From Clostridia bacterium (GTDB lineage Bacteria; Bacillota; Clostridia; Oscillospirales; CAG-272): 64,000 bases of DNA. Location: positions 13,782 through 77,781 of the forward strand of contig JAFVXH010000007.1 of assembly GCA_017501225.1 (NCBI GenBank), given 5' to 3'. Shown here one piece after another: positions 35,349 through 46,762 of this stretch; position 1 is the first letter of the stretch, and every line of letters begins with the position of its first letter. The notes beneath the pieces are model-generated. The model was not told the origin of the DNA, made no database searches, and saw only the letters and a program-made list of their open reading frames with translations. Made by a program: the position numbers and the translations under genes.

Positions 35349-36512
35349 ATGGGATTGTTCAAGAAAAAGAAGAAGGCGGATCAGGAAGAAGCCGTAGCCG
35401 CAAAGACTGCGCCCGCACCCGCTAAAGCGGAAAAAGCCCCTACCAAGGAAGAACCCAAAAAAGCGGAAAAAGCGCCCGCTAAGACGACCGCTACGAAAAA
35501 GGCTGCGGAAAAGGCTCCCGAAAAAGCCCCCGCAAAGGCGAAAGCACCTGCTGCAAAGGCGCCCGCCGCAAAAACGCCGCCCAAGGCTTCGACGGTAACC
35601 GCAAAAACGGCAGCTCCCGCAAAAAAAGCATCCAAGTCCGGTGTCACCGTGGCAGCAGGCAGCACTCCGGTGTCCCGTCCGTTCTTTGTCACCACCGATG
35701 AGGATATCCGCATCGCGTTTGACAAGGCCATTCTGGACGCCGACGAGCGCATCAAGGCAAACGGCGCCAAGGTAGTCGGAAAATATGAGTTTGCGCTGGA
35801 GGTCGACGGCTTCCACTTCTATCTGCTTGCCAACAACGGGCAGATGCTGTTCGACAGCCCCAGCTTTACCACGCTCACGGGTGCGCTCAACGGCATCAAG
35901 GCATTCCGCAAGGCAGTCAGCGGCGGAAAGCTGGAGATCCACGAGGATAAATACAAGCGTTACCGCTTCATTCTGGATAACAAATACTACGGCGAAAACT
36001 ACAGCTCCAAGGAGCAGTGCGTCCGTTGCGTCGATTCGCTCAAAAAATTTGCGGACAACGCAAAGATCATTCGCTATCTGCCCGACCGCGAGGCCGTTCG
36101 CGCATTTGAATATGCCAAGAACTGCAAGCGCTCCCCCGACGACATCGACTGGAACGCAGTAGCAAAGGCAGAGGCGCAGGCGCAGAAGATGGGCAAATTC
36201 GAGCTCAACCAGGAGGGCGAGGGACAGTTCTGCTTCTATCTGCTTGCCAATAACGGTCAGATCCTGTATTCCAGCCGTTGCTACGCAAACGAGGCAGCCG
36301 CCCGTCGTGGGATCGAATCCTTCAAGCGCGCGGTCTACGTCGGCAACTTCTTCGTTGACCGCGACAAGTTCGGGAACTATCGCTACGTGCTCAAAAACAT
36401 CGGCTCCGCACCCAGCTTCATCGGTGAATCCTACGAGAACAAATCGCAGTGCGAAAAGATCATTGAGTCGGTCAAGAAATTCGTCATCACCGCTTCCGTC
36501 GAGCTTGCGTAA
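35349..36512 (+). CDS. Ala/Lys/Pro-rich (histone H1-like) N-terminal tail fused to repeated DUF1508/YegP-like domains
   Basis: 387 aa. aa 1-105 are KKAEKAPAKAKAPAAKAPAAKTPPK-type low complexity. Two larger units follow, each with F.FYLLANNGQ(M/I)L..S...........G(I)..F(R/K).AV and a second half-repeat ending ..C....(D/E)S(L/V)KKF. The DNA core TTCTATCTGCTTGCCAA(C/T)AACGG occurs at about 35818 and about 36234. Confidence 0.8.
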   Translation: MGLFKKKKKADQEEAVAAKTAPAPAKAEKAPTKEEPKKAEKAPAKTTATKKAAEKAPEKAPAKAKAPAAKAPAAKTPPKASTVTAKTAAPAKKASKSGVTVAAGSTPVSRPFFVTTDEDIRIAFDKAILDADERIKANGAKVVGKYEFALEVDGFHFYLLANNGQMLFDSPSFTTLTGALNGIKAFRKAVSGGKLEIHEDKYKRYRFILDNKYYGENYSSKEQCVRCVDSLKKFADNAKIIRYLPDREAVRAFEYAKNCKRSPDDIDWNAVAKAEAQAQKMGKFELNQEGEGQFCFYLLANNGQILYSSRCYANEAAARRGIESFKRAVYVGNFFVDRDKFGNYRYVLKNIGSAPSFIGESYENKSQCEKIIESVKKFVITASVELA

Positions 36513-36531
36513 AAGCTCCGGTCATACAAAG

Positions 36532-36561
36532 ACAGCCGCAAGGGATATCCCTTGCGGCTGT
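36532..36561 (+). terminator. terminator hairpin after the DUF1508 gene
   Basis: ACAGCCGCAAGGGAT|ATCCCTTGCGGCTGT palindrome followed by a T-rich stretch. Confidence 0.6.
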
Positions 36562-36571
36562 TCTTGTATAG

Positions 36572-36611
36572 GCAAAAAATAAGGGAAGGCGTTACCCTTC
36601 CCTTATTTTGC
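36572..36611. terminator. terminator hairpin after secG (usable in both directions)
   Basis: AATAAGGGAAGG ... CCTTCCCTTATT stem with A-run and T-run flanks. Confidence 0.7.
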
Positions 36612-36616
36612 TTTCA

Positions 36617-36937
36617 TCAGGCTACCAATACCAGAATGGTCAGCGCGATCGCACATACAACGAACAAAGCACTGCCGATGATGGTCAGCTTGGTCAAAAG
36701 CTTTTCCTTGGTGTTGCCGCCGGACTTGCCGAAATAGGTATCTGCGCCGCCGCCAATGGTGCCGGACAGACCTCTTTCCTTACCGCTCTGCTGCAGAACG
36801 ATGACAATCAGCGCAATGGCAAGAACCAGCAGGATAGAGCCCAGAACATATTGCCAAACGGTGTTGGCGCTTGCAGCATTCTTCGCAGCATCGGTAACGG
36901 CTGCGGTCGTGCTTGCCGCATTAAGAGAGAAAAACAT
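36617..36937 (-). CDS. secG: preprotein translocase subunit SecG (with an N-terminal extension of about 25 aa)
   Basis: ...VLQQSGKERGLSGTIGGGADTYFGKSGG...LTKLTIIGSALFVVCAIALTIL is the SecG core. The ATG follows GGAGG. Confidence 0.85.
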   Translation of the reverse strand: MFFSLNAASTTAAVTDAAKNAASANTVWQYVLGSILLVLAIALIVIVLQQSGKERGLSGTIGGGADTYFGKSGGNTKEKLLTKLTIIGSALFVVCAIALTILVLVA

Positions 36938-37082
36938 ATCAAAACCTCCGAAATAGTAGCATTTTTGCAGAGGAACATCGATCCTTCATGCAAACAATTT
37001 TCATACTTGTTTATTTTACCATATCTCAATCAAAAAAGCAAGGGTTTTTTCAAAAAAATCCTGTTTTTTTCAAAACAAGCCG

Positions 37083-37976
37083 TTATTTCTGTACTTTTTG
37101 GGAAAAATGCGTCAGAATCCAACGGATGAATCGGGCAACTACCCAGACGAGTGTCGCCCCCACGAGGATAAACAGCGCAAGATAGCAAAGCATGGCACAA
37201 GCCCATCCAAGGTGTCGCCAGACGTCCTTGACGATCAGAAAATACGTGCTGTGATACGGGCTCATATAAAAGAGATTAAGCGGCTTTGGCGAGCCCTTCG
37301 AAAAGGGATACAGCACAACGTTCAAGACGGTCGCAAGTGCCGTTACGCCAAGGAAGATCGCACCGGCGGGGAGCATTTCCGCAAGATAGGACCTTCCGTA
37401 CCCCCGTGAGAACAGAATCCAGAGCCCCAGCGCGATCATCGCCACGTGCCAGAGCATGGTATGACAGCAAAGAGAAAGCGTATCAAACCATGCGGGATAG
37501 AACAGCACAAGGCAGCCTCCCATCGTGCCAAAGAGGGCAAGAAAGCGATAGATCGCCTCCTTCCACCAGCCCTCCCTCAAAAAGGGCGCAATCAAGCAGA
37601 AATACAGCGGGAGCGAGCAGAACTGGAACGGGAACACGCCAAAATCGTATCTTCCGTCACAGAGGATGTAAAAGGAATAGAGCTGCTTGTAAAGCTCCAG
37701 GACAAGAAAGAGCATTCCAAAACCGAACACCGTGCCGTCCGTGGCGTCCTTCCCTTTTTTGAGGGCGAGGATCGACAGGAGGACAAACAGGGCAAGACCG
37801 ATCAAAAGCCAACAAATATGAAATACACCGTATACGGAGGGACGGTCGATCGGGACGTGCGTCAGCTTCAAAAGGGCACGCACGGGAGTCGGATCGATCG
37901 CGCTTGCAAGGAGGATCAGCAAAATGGCACCAATGCCGCACAAAAGAGCCACAAGCCGTATCTTGGTCGATTGCTT
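37083..37976 (-). CDS. YwaF/TIGR02206-like integral membrane protein
   Basis: Track ORF 37083..38108. I prefer the ATG at 37976 after GGGAGG. It has about 8 TM segments and F/W/L/Y-rich motifs (FPFQFCSLPLYFCLIAPF...). The family call is from recollection only. Confidence 0.6.
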   Translation of the reverse strand, partial: KQSTKIRLVALLCGIGAILLILLASAIDPTPVRALLKLTHVPIDRPSVYGVFHICWLLIGLALFVLLSILALKKGKDATDGTVFGFGMLFLVLELYKQLYSFYILCDGRYDFGVFPFQFCSLPLYFCLIAPFLREGWWKEAIYRFLALFGTMGGCLVLFYPAWFDTLSLCCHTMLWHVAMIALGLWILFSRGYGRSYLAEMLPAGAIFLGVTALATVLNVVLYPFSKGSPKPLNLFYMSPYHSTYFLIVKDVWRHLGWACAMLCYLALFILVGATLVWVVARFIRWILTHFSQKVQK

Positions 37977-38179
37977 CATCTCAGCCTCCCTTCCCCGCGC
38001 AAGGACTATTGCGCGGAATCTGCTACTCTTATTATACCCCCACAGCAAAAAAATGTCAACGCCTTTCTGATTTTGTCGTCCGCAACGGAAATACGGACAT
38101 AAAACCACGGTGGGACTTGTTTTTTTGCGCGCGCTTTGCTATAATAGGGTAGAAGATCTGGACAGAAAAGGAGCACGCC

Positions 38180-38653
38180 ATGAAGCAGACAACACTTTGC
38201 TATCTGGAGCAGGACGGAAAATATCTGATGCTGCACCGCACCAAAAAGGAGCACGATGAGAATCGCGACAAATGGATCGGCATCGGCGGAAAATTCGAGG
38301 ATCGCGAAAGCCCCGAGGATTGCATGCGCCGAGAGATCCTGGAGGAAACGGGACTTTGCGTCGAGGCATTCCGCTATCGCGGCATCGTCACCTTTGTCAG
38401 TGACCGCTACCCGACCGAATATATGCATCTCTTTACCGTCACCGCATGGCACGGAGAGCAGACCGAGTGCGACGAGGGGGAGCTTGCGTGGATCGACAAA
38501 TCCGCGCTGCTGCGCCTTCCCATGTGGGAGGGAGATCGCATCTTCCTGCACTTGATCGACGATCCGGGAACCCCCTTTTTCTCCTTGAAGCTGACCTACC
38601 GAGGAGATACGCTGACCGAGGCGGTGTTGGACGGAGCGCTGTTAAAATGTTAA
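38180..38653 (+). CDS. NUDIX hydrolase (MutT/8-oxo-dGTPase-like)
   Basis: Nudix box GIGGKFEDRESPEDCMRREILEETGL. RBS AAAGGAG. Confidence 0.85.
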   Translation: MKQTTLCYLEQDGKYLMLHRTKKEHDENRDKWIGIGGKFEDRESPEDCMRREILEETGLCVEAFRYRGIVTFVSDRYPTEYMHLFTVTAWHGEQTECDEGELAWIDKSALLRLPMWEGDRIFLHLIDDPGTPFFSLKLTYRGDTLTEAVLDGALLKC

Positions 38654-38666
38654 TCAAACAAAAGGA

Positions 38667-38700
38667 ACAGCCTCGGACGGAAAATCCGTCCGAGGCTGTT
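38667..38700. terminator. bidirectional rho-independent terminator (NUDIX / ligA)
   Basis: ACAGCCTCGGACGG-aaaatc-CGTCCGAGGCTGT stem, A-rich before it and T-rich after it. Confidence 0.8.
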
Positions 38701-38710
38701 TGCTGTTTTA

Positions 38711-40771
<2,061 letters not shown>

Positions 40772-40977
40772 CTATTATTATACCAGTTTTTCCGTTCTCT
40801 GTCAATCCCACGGATCTATTTTTCTTCGCCGCATTTCGTCATTTTATACAAAATTTCACACCTGTTTGTAAATTATCTTTGTCCTATCTTTACATGTTCA
40901 CTTTTTTGTGCTATACTGTATTTGCAGGGGAGATCTCCTTTTCCCTGCAAAACTGAGAGAAAGGCAAGGATGCGCGT

Positions 40978-41505
40978 ATGAAATTGAACATTGTTGGACG
41001 GCAGATGAACGTTTATGAGGACATGAAGCTGCTGATTGAGAAAAAGCTTGCAAAATTTGATAAATTCTTTGACCGCGAGGGCGATGCGACCGTCACGCTC
41101 AGCTGCAAGCATAACGATAAAAGCATCGAGATCACCATTTCCGCCGCAGGCGCACTCTTCCGCAGTGAGGTCCGGGCTGACAGCTTCCGCGATGCTCTGG
41201 ACGTCGCTTGCTCGAATATCGAGCGTCAGATCCGCAAGAACAAGACCCGCTTAGCACGCCGTCTGCGTGACACCGGCTTCGTCTTACCCGATCAAGGTTA
41301 TGACGACGTCGTGCCCGATGACGAGGAGATCATCCGTACCAAGACCTTCCCCGCAAAGCCCATGTCGCCTGAGGAAGCGATCTTGCAGATGAATCTGTTG
41401 GGGCATCAGTTCTTCGTATTCAACGATGACCAAACGGGACAGACCTGCGTCGTCTACACGCGTCATGACGGCGGATACGGACTCTTGATCCCCGAGCAGG
41501 GATGA
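40978..41505 (+). CDS. hpf: ribosome hibernation promoting factor (long form)
   Basis: MKLNIVGRQMNVYEDMKLLIEKKLAKFDKFF... and a C-terminal dimerisation domain ...IIRTKTFPAKPMSPEEAILQMNLLGHQFFVFND. Confidence 0.9.
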   Translation: MKLNIVGRQMNVYEDMKLLIEKKLAKFDKFFDREGDATVTLSCKHNDKSIEITISAAGALFRSEVRADSFRDALDVACSNIERQIRKNKTRLARRLRDTGFVLPDQGYDDVVPDDEEIIRTKTFPAKPMSPEEAILQMNLLGHQFFVFNDDQTGQTCVVYTRHDGGYGLLIPEQG

Positions 41506-41660
41506 CCGACCGCTCCAAAACACATTTGGGGGCATCCGCCGCAGCGGATGCCCCCATTCTTGCGATACGGCAAAATTATTTACAAAAACGCCTTTACAAT
41601 TTCCTTTGCTCATGGTAAAATAAAGAGGAATATACAAGACACTCGAAAGGGAGAAGAATT

Positions 41661-42263
41661 ATGACCAATCAAGAGCGTTTTATACAGATTTTTAATGAAA
41701 AGATCACACGCGAGGGCGCGGATAAGCTGCTCGACTACCTCAAAAAGAGCGATTTCTTCACAGCACCTGCCAGCACGCGCTACCACGGTGCCTGCGAGGG
41801 AGGGCTTGTCGCGCACAGCCTCAACGTATACGATTGCCTCGTGGATATTCTCAACCGCCCCCGCGTCAAGGATCTCTACGGTATTGAATACAGCGAGGAA
41901 AGCATCGCGATCGCAGGGCTGCTTCACGATATCTGCAAGGTCGATTTCTACAAAACCAGCTTCCGCAACGTCAAGGACGAAACGGGAAGATGGACCAGCG
42001 TACCCTATTACACCATTGAGGATACCCTCCCCTACGGTCACGGAGAGAAGTCCGTCTACATCATCTCGGGCTTTATGCGCCTGACGCGGGACGAGGCATT
42101 TGCCATTCGCTATCACATGGGATTTTCGGGCACGGAGGATACCAATAACGTAGGTCGCGCCCTGGAAATGTTCCCTCTGGCTTATGCCGTTTGCTGTGCG
42201 GACATGGAAGCAGCCTTTTTGATGGAGGGAAAGCTTGAGGGCAAGCTTGGGGGCACTCCGTAA
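41661..42263 (+). CDS. HD-domain phosphohydrolase
   Basis: ...STRYHGACEGGLVAHSLNV...AGLLHDICKV...GHGEKS.... Confidence 0.8.
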   Translation: MTNQERFIQIFNEKITREGADKLLDYLKKSDFFTAPASTRYHGACEGGLVAHSLNVYDCLVDILNRPRVKDLYGIEYSEESIAIAGLLHDICKVDFYKTSFRNVKDETGRWTSVPYYTIEDTLPYGHGEKSVYIISGFMRLTRDEAFAIRYHMGFSGTEDTNNVGRALEMFPLAYAVCCADMEAAFLMEGKLEGKLGGTP

Positions 42264-42916
42264 TGAAAAAGCCCCAAAATTCCACCGTCAAGGCACTGAT
42301 CCATATTGCTTATTGGCTTCCGCTCGTCACCTATCTGACCCTGTTGATCTACGCCGCGATCCCGCACCTCTATCTGGTGGTGGAAAACAAGCCGCTTGGC
42401 ACAATCAGCTACTTTCAGCTGCTGATCAATACGTGGGAGCAGGCATTCACGGCATTCGGCGCGAGCGATACGCCCGTCAATCAGTCCTTTTTCTCCTATA
42501 TTACGCTGGGTTATGCCCTGCTCTCCTGGGCTTGCATTGCCTTTTACGGCGTATTTTCCATTCTGTGCGCGATCTGTACGACGCGTGCGTTTGCCGCAGA
42601 TCCCACCTCGCAGGAGTCAAACCGCGCAAAAGCGATCCTTCAGATCCTTTGCCCCAACCGCATCTTCTTTTTCCTCTTTCAGCTCCTGCCCATTCTGCAA
42701 ACGCTCCTCCCCGCCGTGCTGGTGCTTTGCTTTGAGGAGTTTACCCCTCTGATGGGAAAAATTCAAATTCACTATCTGCTTTTGCCAGATTGGCTGCTGG
42801 CGGTCATTGCGATTCTGGTAACAGTGACGTTCTTCTGCGCACTCCTTCCCTCACAGAACTCGCTCCACCGCGATATGTTCCGCCTTTACAAGGCGAAAAA
42901 GCAGAAACCGGAATAA
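42263..42916 (+). CDS. hypothetical polytopic membrane protein
   Basis: 217 aa with about 5 hydrophobic segments. The start overlaps the HD gene stop (TAATG). I recognise no family. Confidence 0.55.
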   Translation: MKKPQNSTVKALIHIAYWLPLVTYLTLLIYAAIPHLYLVVENKPLGTISYFQLLINTWEQAFTAFGASDTPVNQSFFSYITLGYALLSWACIAFYGVFSILCAICTTRAFAADPTSQESNRAKAILQILCPNRIFFFLFQLLPILQTLLPAVLVLCFEEFTPLMGKIQIHYLLLPDWLLAVIAILVTVTFFCALLPSQNSLHRDMFRLYKAKKQKPE

Positions 42917-42946
42917 GAATGAATCCAAAAAATAAAAAACAAAAAA

Positions 42947-42977
42947 GAACAGGCTAAGATAGCCTGTTCTTTTTTTG
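42947..42977. terminator. bidirectional rho-independent terminator
   Basis: GAACAGGCT-aagat-AGCCTGTTC stem, A-run before it and TTTTTTTG after it. Confidence 0.8.
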
Positions 42978-43008
42978 TTTGCATGAAATCTTGCGAAAGC
43001 ATTTTTTC

Positions 43009-43410
43009 TTATCTGCAGGACATGTGCAATGCCAGCATCACTGCGGCGATTGCCAGGAAGAACAAACCGGTGATCACCATGAACAGAAACGGAACCTTGT
43101 GCTCCGCGCGGCTCATGCGGTAATCGTAATAGGTCTGCTTTGTCTTTCTGTTTTTCTTAAAGAGGCCTGCAAAGCTTTTAACACCGAACACGATGGCGTC
43201 AAATCCGCCCTCGTTGTTGGAAAACACCAGCATTCCGGCGCCTGCCAGCAGAACACCGCTGACGCAAAAGGCATCACAAAGAATGTGATACGCCGTAGCC
43301 GCATCCATAGCACCCGGAGTCGTGGTAAAAAGCCCTTGAATCCAACAGATCAACAGCACGATCGCAATCCCGATCGCAATGGTAATCCCATATTGCTTTC
43401 CCTGTTTCAT
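43009..43410 (-). CDS. DUF3899-like small membrane protein
   Basis: Track ORF 43009..43464. I prefer the ATG at 43410, which overlaps the oppF stop as ATGA. The pattern ...FSNNEGGFDAIVFGVKSF...KTKQTYYDY... between TM helices fits DUF3899. Confidence 0.7.
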   Translation of the reverse strand: MKQGKQYGITIAIGIAIVLLICWIQGLFTTTPGAMDAATAYHILCDAFCVSGVLLAGAGMLVFSNNEGGFDAIVFGVKSFAGLFKKNRKTKQTYYDYRMSRAEHKVPFLFMVITGLFFLAIAAVMLALHMSCR

Positions 43411-44498
43411 TGTTCGCTTTCCTGAATCTCCTTGGTGTATCTCTCGAATTCCTCGGTGTTGCAATATACGAAGTGTCCGGGAGAGACCTCACGCATGGAG
43501 GGACCTTCCTTGGAATAATCGTGATCCAGAATCGGGTTGTAAACGATTCTCTTGCGGTTCTTCTCGGTGATTGGGTCAGGAAGCGGGATTGCGGAAAGCA
43601 AGGAACGCGTGTAAGGATGCAGCGGATGTGCAAACAGCTCGTCACTCGTTGCAAGCTCTACGATCTTACCGAAATACATGACCGCGATTCGATCCGAGAA
43701 ATATTTGACGACTGCCAGATCGTGCGCGATAAAGAGGATGGTAAGTCCCATCTTTTCGCTTAGATCGTGCAACAGATTGATAACCTGCGCCTGAATCGAT
43801 ACGTCCAGAGCGGAGATCGGCTCGTCCGCAATGATCAGCTCGGGGTTCATGATGACCGCGCGGGCAATACCGATACGCTGACGCTGTCCACCCGAGAACT
43901 CGTGAGGATAACGGGATGCGTGCTCCTGTACAAGACCGACGGTCTCAAGCATCTTGTATACCTGCTGGTCGATGAATTCCTTATCCTTGATGCCACGGAT
44001 GATCAAGCCCTCCGCGATGATATCGCGAACGGTCATACGGGGGTCAAGGGATGCGATCGGATCCTGGAAGATCATCTGAATCTCATTGGTCAGATTGTTC
44101 TTTCCGTTGTGTCTGGACCATTTTTTGTGGTCAGCCTTAGCAGCAGCGATCTTTGTGAAGTTGATTTCCAGGATCTTATCCAGCTCTTCCTTGGTAATCT
44201 CCTTCGCAAAGTGCGCATCGTATGCCGCCTTGATGGCGTCTTCATACTTACGGGTACCCGCACAGATTCGCTCACCCTTGTAGTAAACGGAACCGCCCGT
44301 GATGTCGTAAAGACGGATGATGGAACGACCGGTGGTGGTCTTTCCGCATCCGGATTCTCCAACAAGACCGAAGACCTCACCCTTGTAAACCTCGAAGCTG
44401 ACGTCATCTACGGCTTTGTTCTCGTACTTGCCCATCTTGAAGTACTGCTGGAGATGCTCGACCTTTAATAAGACTTCTTTTTCCTGATTGTTGTCCAT
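43407..44498 (-). CDS. oppF: oligopeptide ABC transporter ATP-binding protein OppF (with an insertion of about 40 aa)
   Basis: Walker A GESGCGKTT, Q-loop MIFQDP, signature FSGGQRQR, Walker B LIIADEP, and the C-terminal oligopeptide/dipeptide ABC extension (HPYT). Confidence 0.9.
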   Translation of the reverse strand: MDNNQEKEVLLKVEHLQQYFKMGKYENKAVDDVSFEVYKGEVFGLVGESGCGKTTTGRSIIRLYDITGGSVYYKGERICAGTRKYEDAIKAAYDAHFAKEITKEELDKILEINFTKIAAAKADHKKWSRHNGKNNLTNEIQMIFQDPIASLDPRMTVRDIIAEGLIIRGIKDKEFIDQQVYKMLETVGLVQEHASRYPHEFSGGQRQRIGIARAVIMNPELIIADEPISALDVSIQAQVINLLHDLSEKMGLTILFIAHDLAVVKYFSDRIAVMYFGKIVELATSDELFAHPLHPYTRSLLSAIPLPDPITEKNRKRIVYNPILDHDYSKEGPSMREVSPGHFVYCNTEEFERYTKEIQESEQ

Positions 44499-44499
44499 A

Positions 44500-46650
44500 T
44501 TACTGTCTCTCCTTCTTCAAGCGTTCAATACGGGTCTTGATCAACGCAGGCATCTCAACCTTGGGTGCGTTCGGGTGAAGCAGCCAGGTAGCCGCCGCGT
44601 GCGTATCCGTAATGTCAAACATCGGAGGCTCCAGCTCAAAGTCGATCTCAAGCGCGTACTTGTTTCTTGCAGCGAACGCATCTCCCTTGGGAGGATAGAT
44701 CATGTTGGGAGGAGTACCGGGGATGGACTCCAGCTTCTCGGAGGTGTGAAGGTCGGGCATACTGCTGAGCAACGCCCAGGTATAGGGATGTGCCGGCTCG
44801 TAGAAGACCTCCTCTGCCGTTCCGAGCTCTACGATCTTGCCCGCGTACATAACGGCGATTCTGTCTGCCATATTCGCAACAACGCCAAGGTTGTGCGTAA
44901 TGAAGATAACGGACAGATTTCTCTCGCGCTTGATGACGTTGATCAGCTCCAGGATCTGTGCCTGAATGGTAACGTCAAGTGCCGTGGTAGGCTCGTCGCA
45001 GATCAGGATATCGGGGTTTGCGGACAGTGCGATCGCAATGACGATTCTCTGTCTCATACCGCCCGAATACTCGAACGGATACTGATTGAAGCGGCGGTTC
45101 GGCTCGGGAATACCAACCTCCTCCATCAGCTTGATCGCCTTTGCCTTCGCGATCTTCTTGTTCATCTTTACCACGAAGCAGGATGCCTGCTCCTTGAGGT
45201 AATCGATGATCTCGACCACATGTGCCTCGGAATCAAACTTCTTGAAGTCCTTGATATTTCTCTCATAGCAGTTGCAGAGATTTTCAAGCGTCTTGCAAAT
45301 ATTTGCGCGCTTGAGCTCCAGATCAACCACGACCTGAGGCTTGAGCGTCCAATCCAGCTTCTTGCCCGCTGCGATGGCTGCCTCGTATCTTCTCTTATTG
45401 CTCAGGTATTTTCTTTCCTCAATGGGGTTTCTGACAGCACCGGTAAAGTAAGCCTCAACGCCACCCTCAAAGGCAGAGTGGAAGACGTACTCCACGCTCT
45501 CCTTCTTGACACTCAGGCGGTCAATCGCGCCGTTTACCATCGGAGTCAGCTTCTTGACGTAAGCATACGCCTTCTTCTTATCCAGCTCCTTGGTTGTGCG
45601 GAAGTATTTCAGTGCTTCCTGGACAGGCTTCAACGCCGCCCTCTTGCGCTGAATAGAAACCTTGCGGGAGTAATAAACGCCTCTTTTTGCGGTTTCGATG
45701 AATCGGAGCATAAATTCCTTATCCAAGAACTCACGCGTCATGGAATTCATCTCACCGATGGGCATTTTGGTAAGATCCGCCTCGGGATGCACCGAAAGAT
45801 AATATCCCATCGTAAAGAAATTGGGCTTTTCCTTCTGCAATGCGTCCTTTGTCAGCTGACTGATCTTGCGCAGAACGAGCAGAGACTCCTCGCGCGAAGC
45901 GTTCTTGCCCTGCGAAGCGAGAGCAGACAGGCTTGCAAGAGAGGTCGTGTATTCCTCATTCGCCACCAGACCGTACGGGTTGGTAGCACCCTTGTACAGA
46001 CGGTAAATGCGCTTGAGCGTCACTGCCAGATCGAGCTTCTTGTCGCGCTCCAGCATCAGGACTGCCTCATCGGCCTCGTTTTCCAGTTGCGTCAGGTTGC
46101 CCAGCGCCTCATTGAACTCACGCTCAATGTTGGTCGCGGTTACGCAGAAGGAGTCGAAAGTCTTGAGCTGCTTTGCAACAAGCTGACGAGTGTCAATTCC
46201 GTGCTCGGCATCCGCCTCATTGATGCTTCTGCCAAGGCGCGTCAGCATGGAGTTAAACGCACGGCGTGCATTCTTTTTACCGGACTTTGCCTTCAAAATC
46301 ATTGCCTCTGTGAGCTGCTGACCGACTCTCATGATCGGGTTCAGGCTCGACATCGGATCCTGGAAGATCATTGCAATCTTATCTCCGCGGATCTTGTGAT
46401 AATCCTCCTCGGAGATCTTGAGCAGATCTTGACCGTCATATAAAATTTCGCCGCCTTCAACGATCGAGTTTCCCGCAAGGATACCCATGATCGCTTTACT
46501 GGTTACGGATTTACCGGAGCCGGACTCACCAACGATTGCAAGGGTCTCACCCTTGTAAAGATCGAAAGAGATGTCACGAACGGCTTTTACAATTCCACCT
46601 TGAGTACGGAATGATATTTGCAGATTTTTTACTTCTAACTTTTTATCCAT
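44500..46650 (-). CDS. oppD: oligopeptide ABC transporter ATP-binding protein OppD with an insertion of roughly 360-370 aa inside the NBD
   Basis: Walker A GESGSGKS and Q-loop MIFQDP lie near the N-terminus. Signature YSGGMRQR and Walker B ILICDEP appear only about 430 aa later, and the HPYT C-terminal extension is present. I prefer the ATG at 46650 (GGTGA 5 nt upstream); the alternative is 46662. Confidence 0.85.
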   Translation of the reverse strand: MDKKLEVKNLQISFRTQGGIVKAVRDISFDLYKGETLAIVGESGSGKSVTSKAIMGILAGNSIVEGGEILYDGQDLLKISEEDYHKIRGDKIAMIFQDPMSSLNPIMRVGQQLTEAMILKAKSGKKNARRAFNSMLTRLGRSINEADAEHGIDTRQLVAKQLKTFDSFCVTATNIEREFNEALGNLTQLENEADEAVLMLERDKKLDLAVTLKRIYRLYKGATNPYGLVANEEYTTSLASLSALASQGKNASREESLLVLRKISQLTKDALQKEKPNFFTMGYYLSVHPEADLTKMPIGEMNSMTREFLDKEFMLRFIETAKRGVYYSRKVSIQRKRAALKPVQEALKYFRTTKELDKKKAYAYVKKLTPMVNGAIDRLSVKKESVEYVFHSAFEGGVEAYFTGAVRNPIEERKYLSNKRRYEAAIAAGKKLDWTLKPQVVVDLELKRANICKTLENLCNCYERNIKDFKKFDSEAHVVEIIDYLKEQASCFVVKMNKKIAKAKAIKLMEEVGIPEPNRRFNQYPFEYSGGMRQRIVIAIALSANPDILICDEPTTALDVTIQAQILELINVIKRERNLSVIFITHNLGVVANMADRIAVMYAGKIVELGTAEEVFYEPAHPYTWALLSSMPDLHTSEKLESIPGTPPNMIYPPKGDAFAARNKYALEIDFELEPPMFDITDTHAAATWLLHPNAPKVEMPALIKTRIERLKKERQ

Positions 46651-46762
46651 CAATATCACCATTCCTTTCCGCTGCGTTCCGGCGGGGAGGAGCTCCCCTC
46701 CCGCACTGCAGCACTCTATATTTTGATTAGAAATTTTGCATTCAAAACGCCACTTGGGCCGT

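Noticed and set aside
35400-35650. Repetitive GCAAAGGCGCCCGC-type DNA that could be mistaken for a tandem repeat or CRISPR-like array.
   Set aside because: It lies inside a continuous ORF and encodes the AKAPAAK low-complexity tail. It has no regular repeat-spacer organisation.
36863-36937. SecG N-terminal extension of about 25 aa (MFFSLNAASTTAAVTDAAKNAASAN...).
   Set aside because: The upstream ATG has a good GGAGG RBS, so the extension is probably real. Short variable N-termini on SecG are not remarkable enough for a finding.
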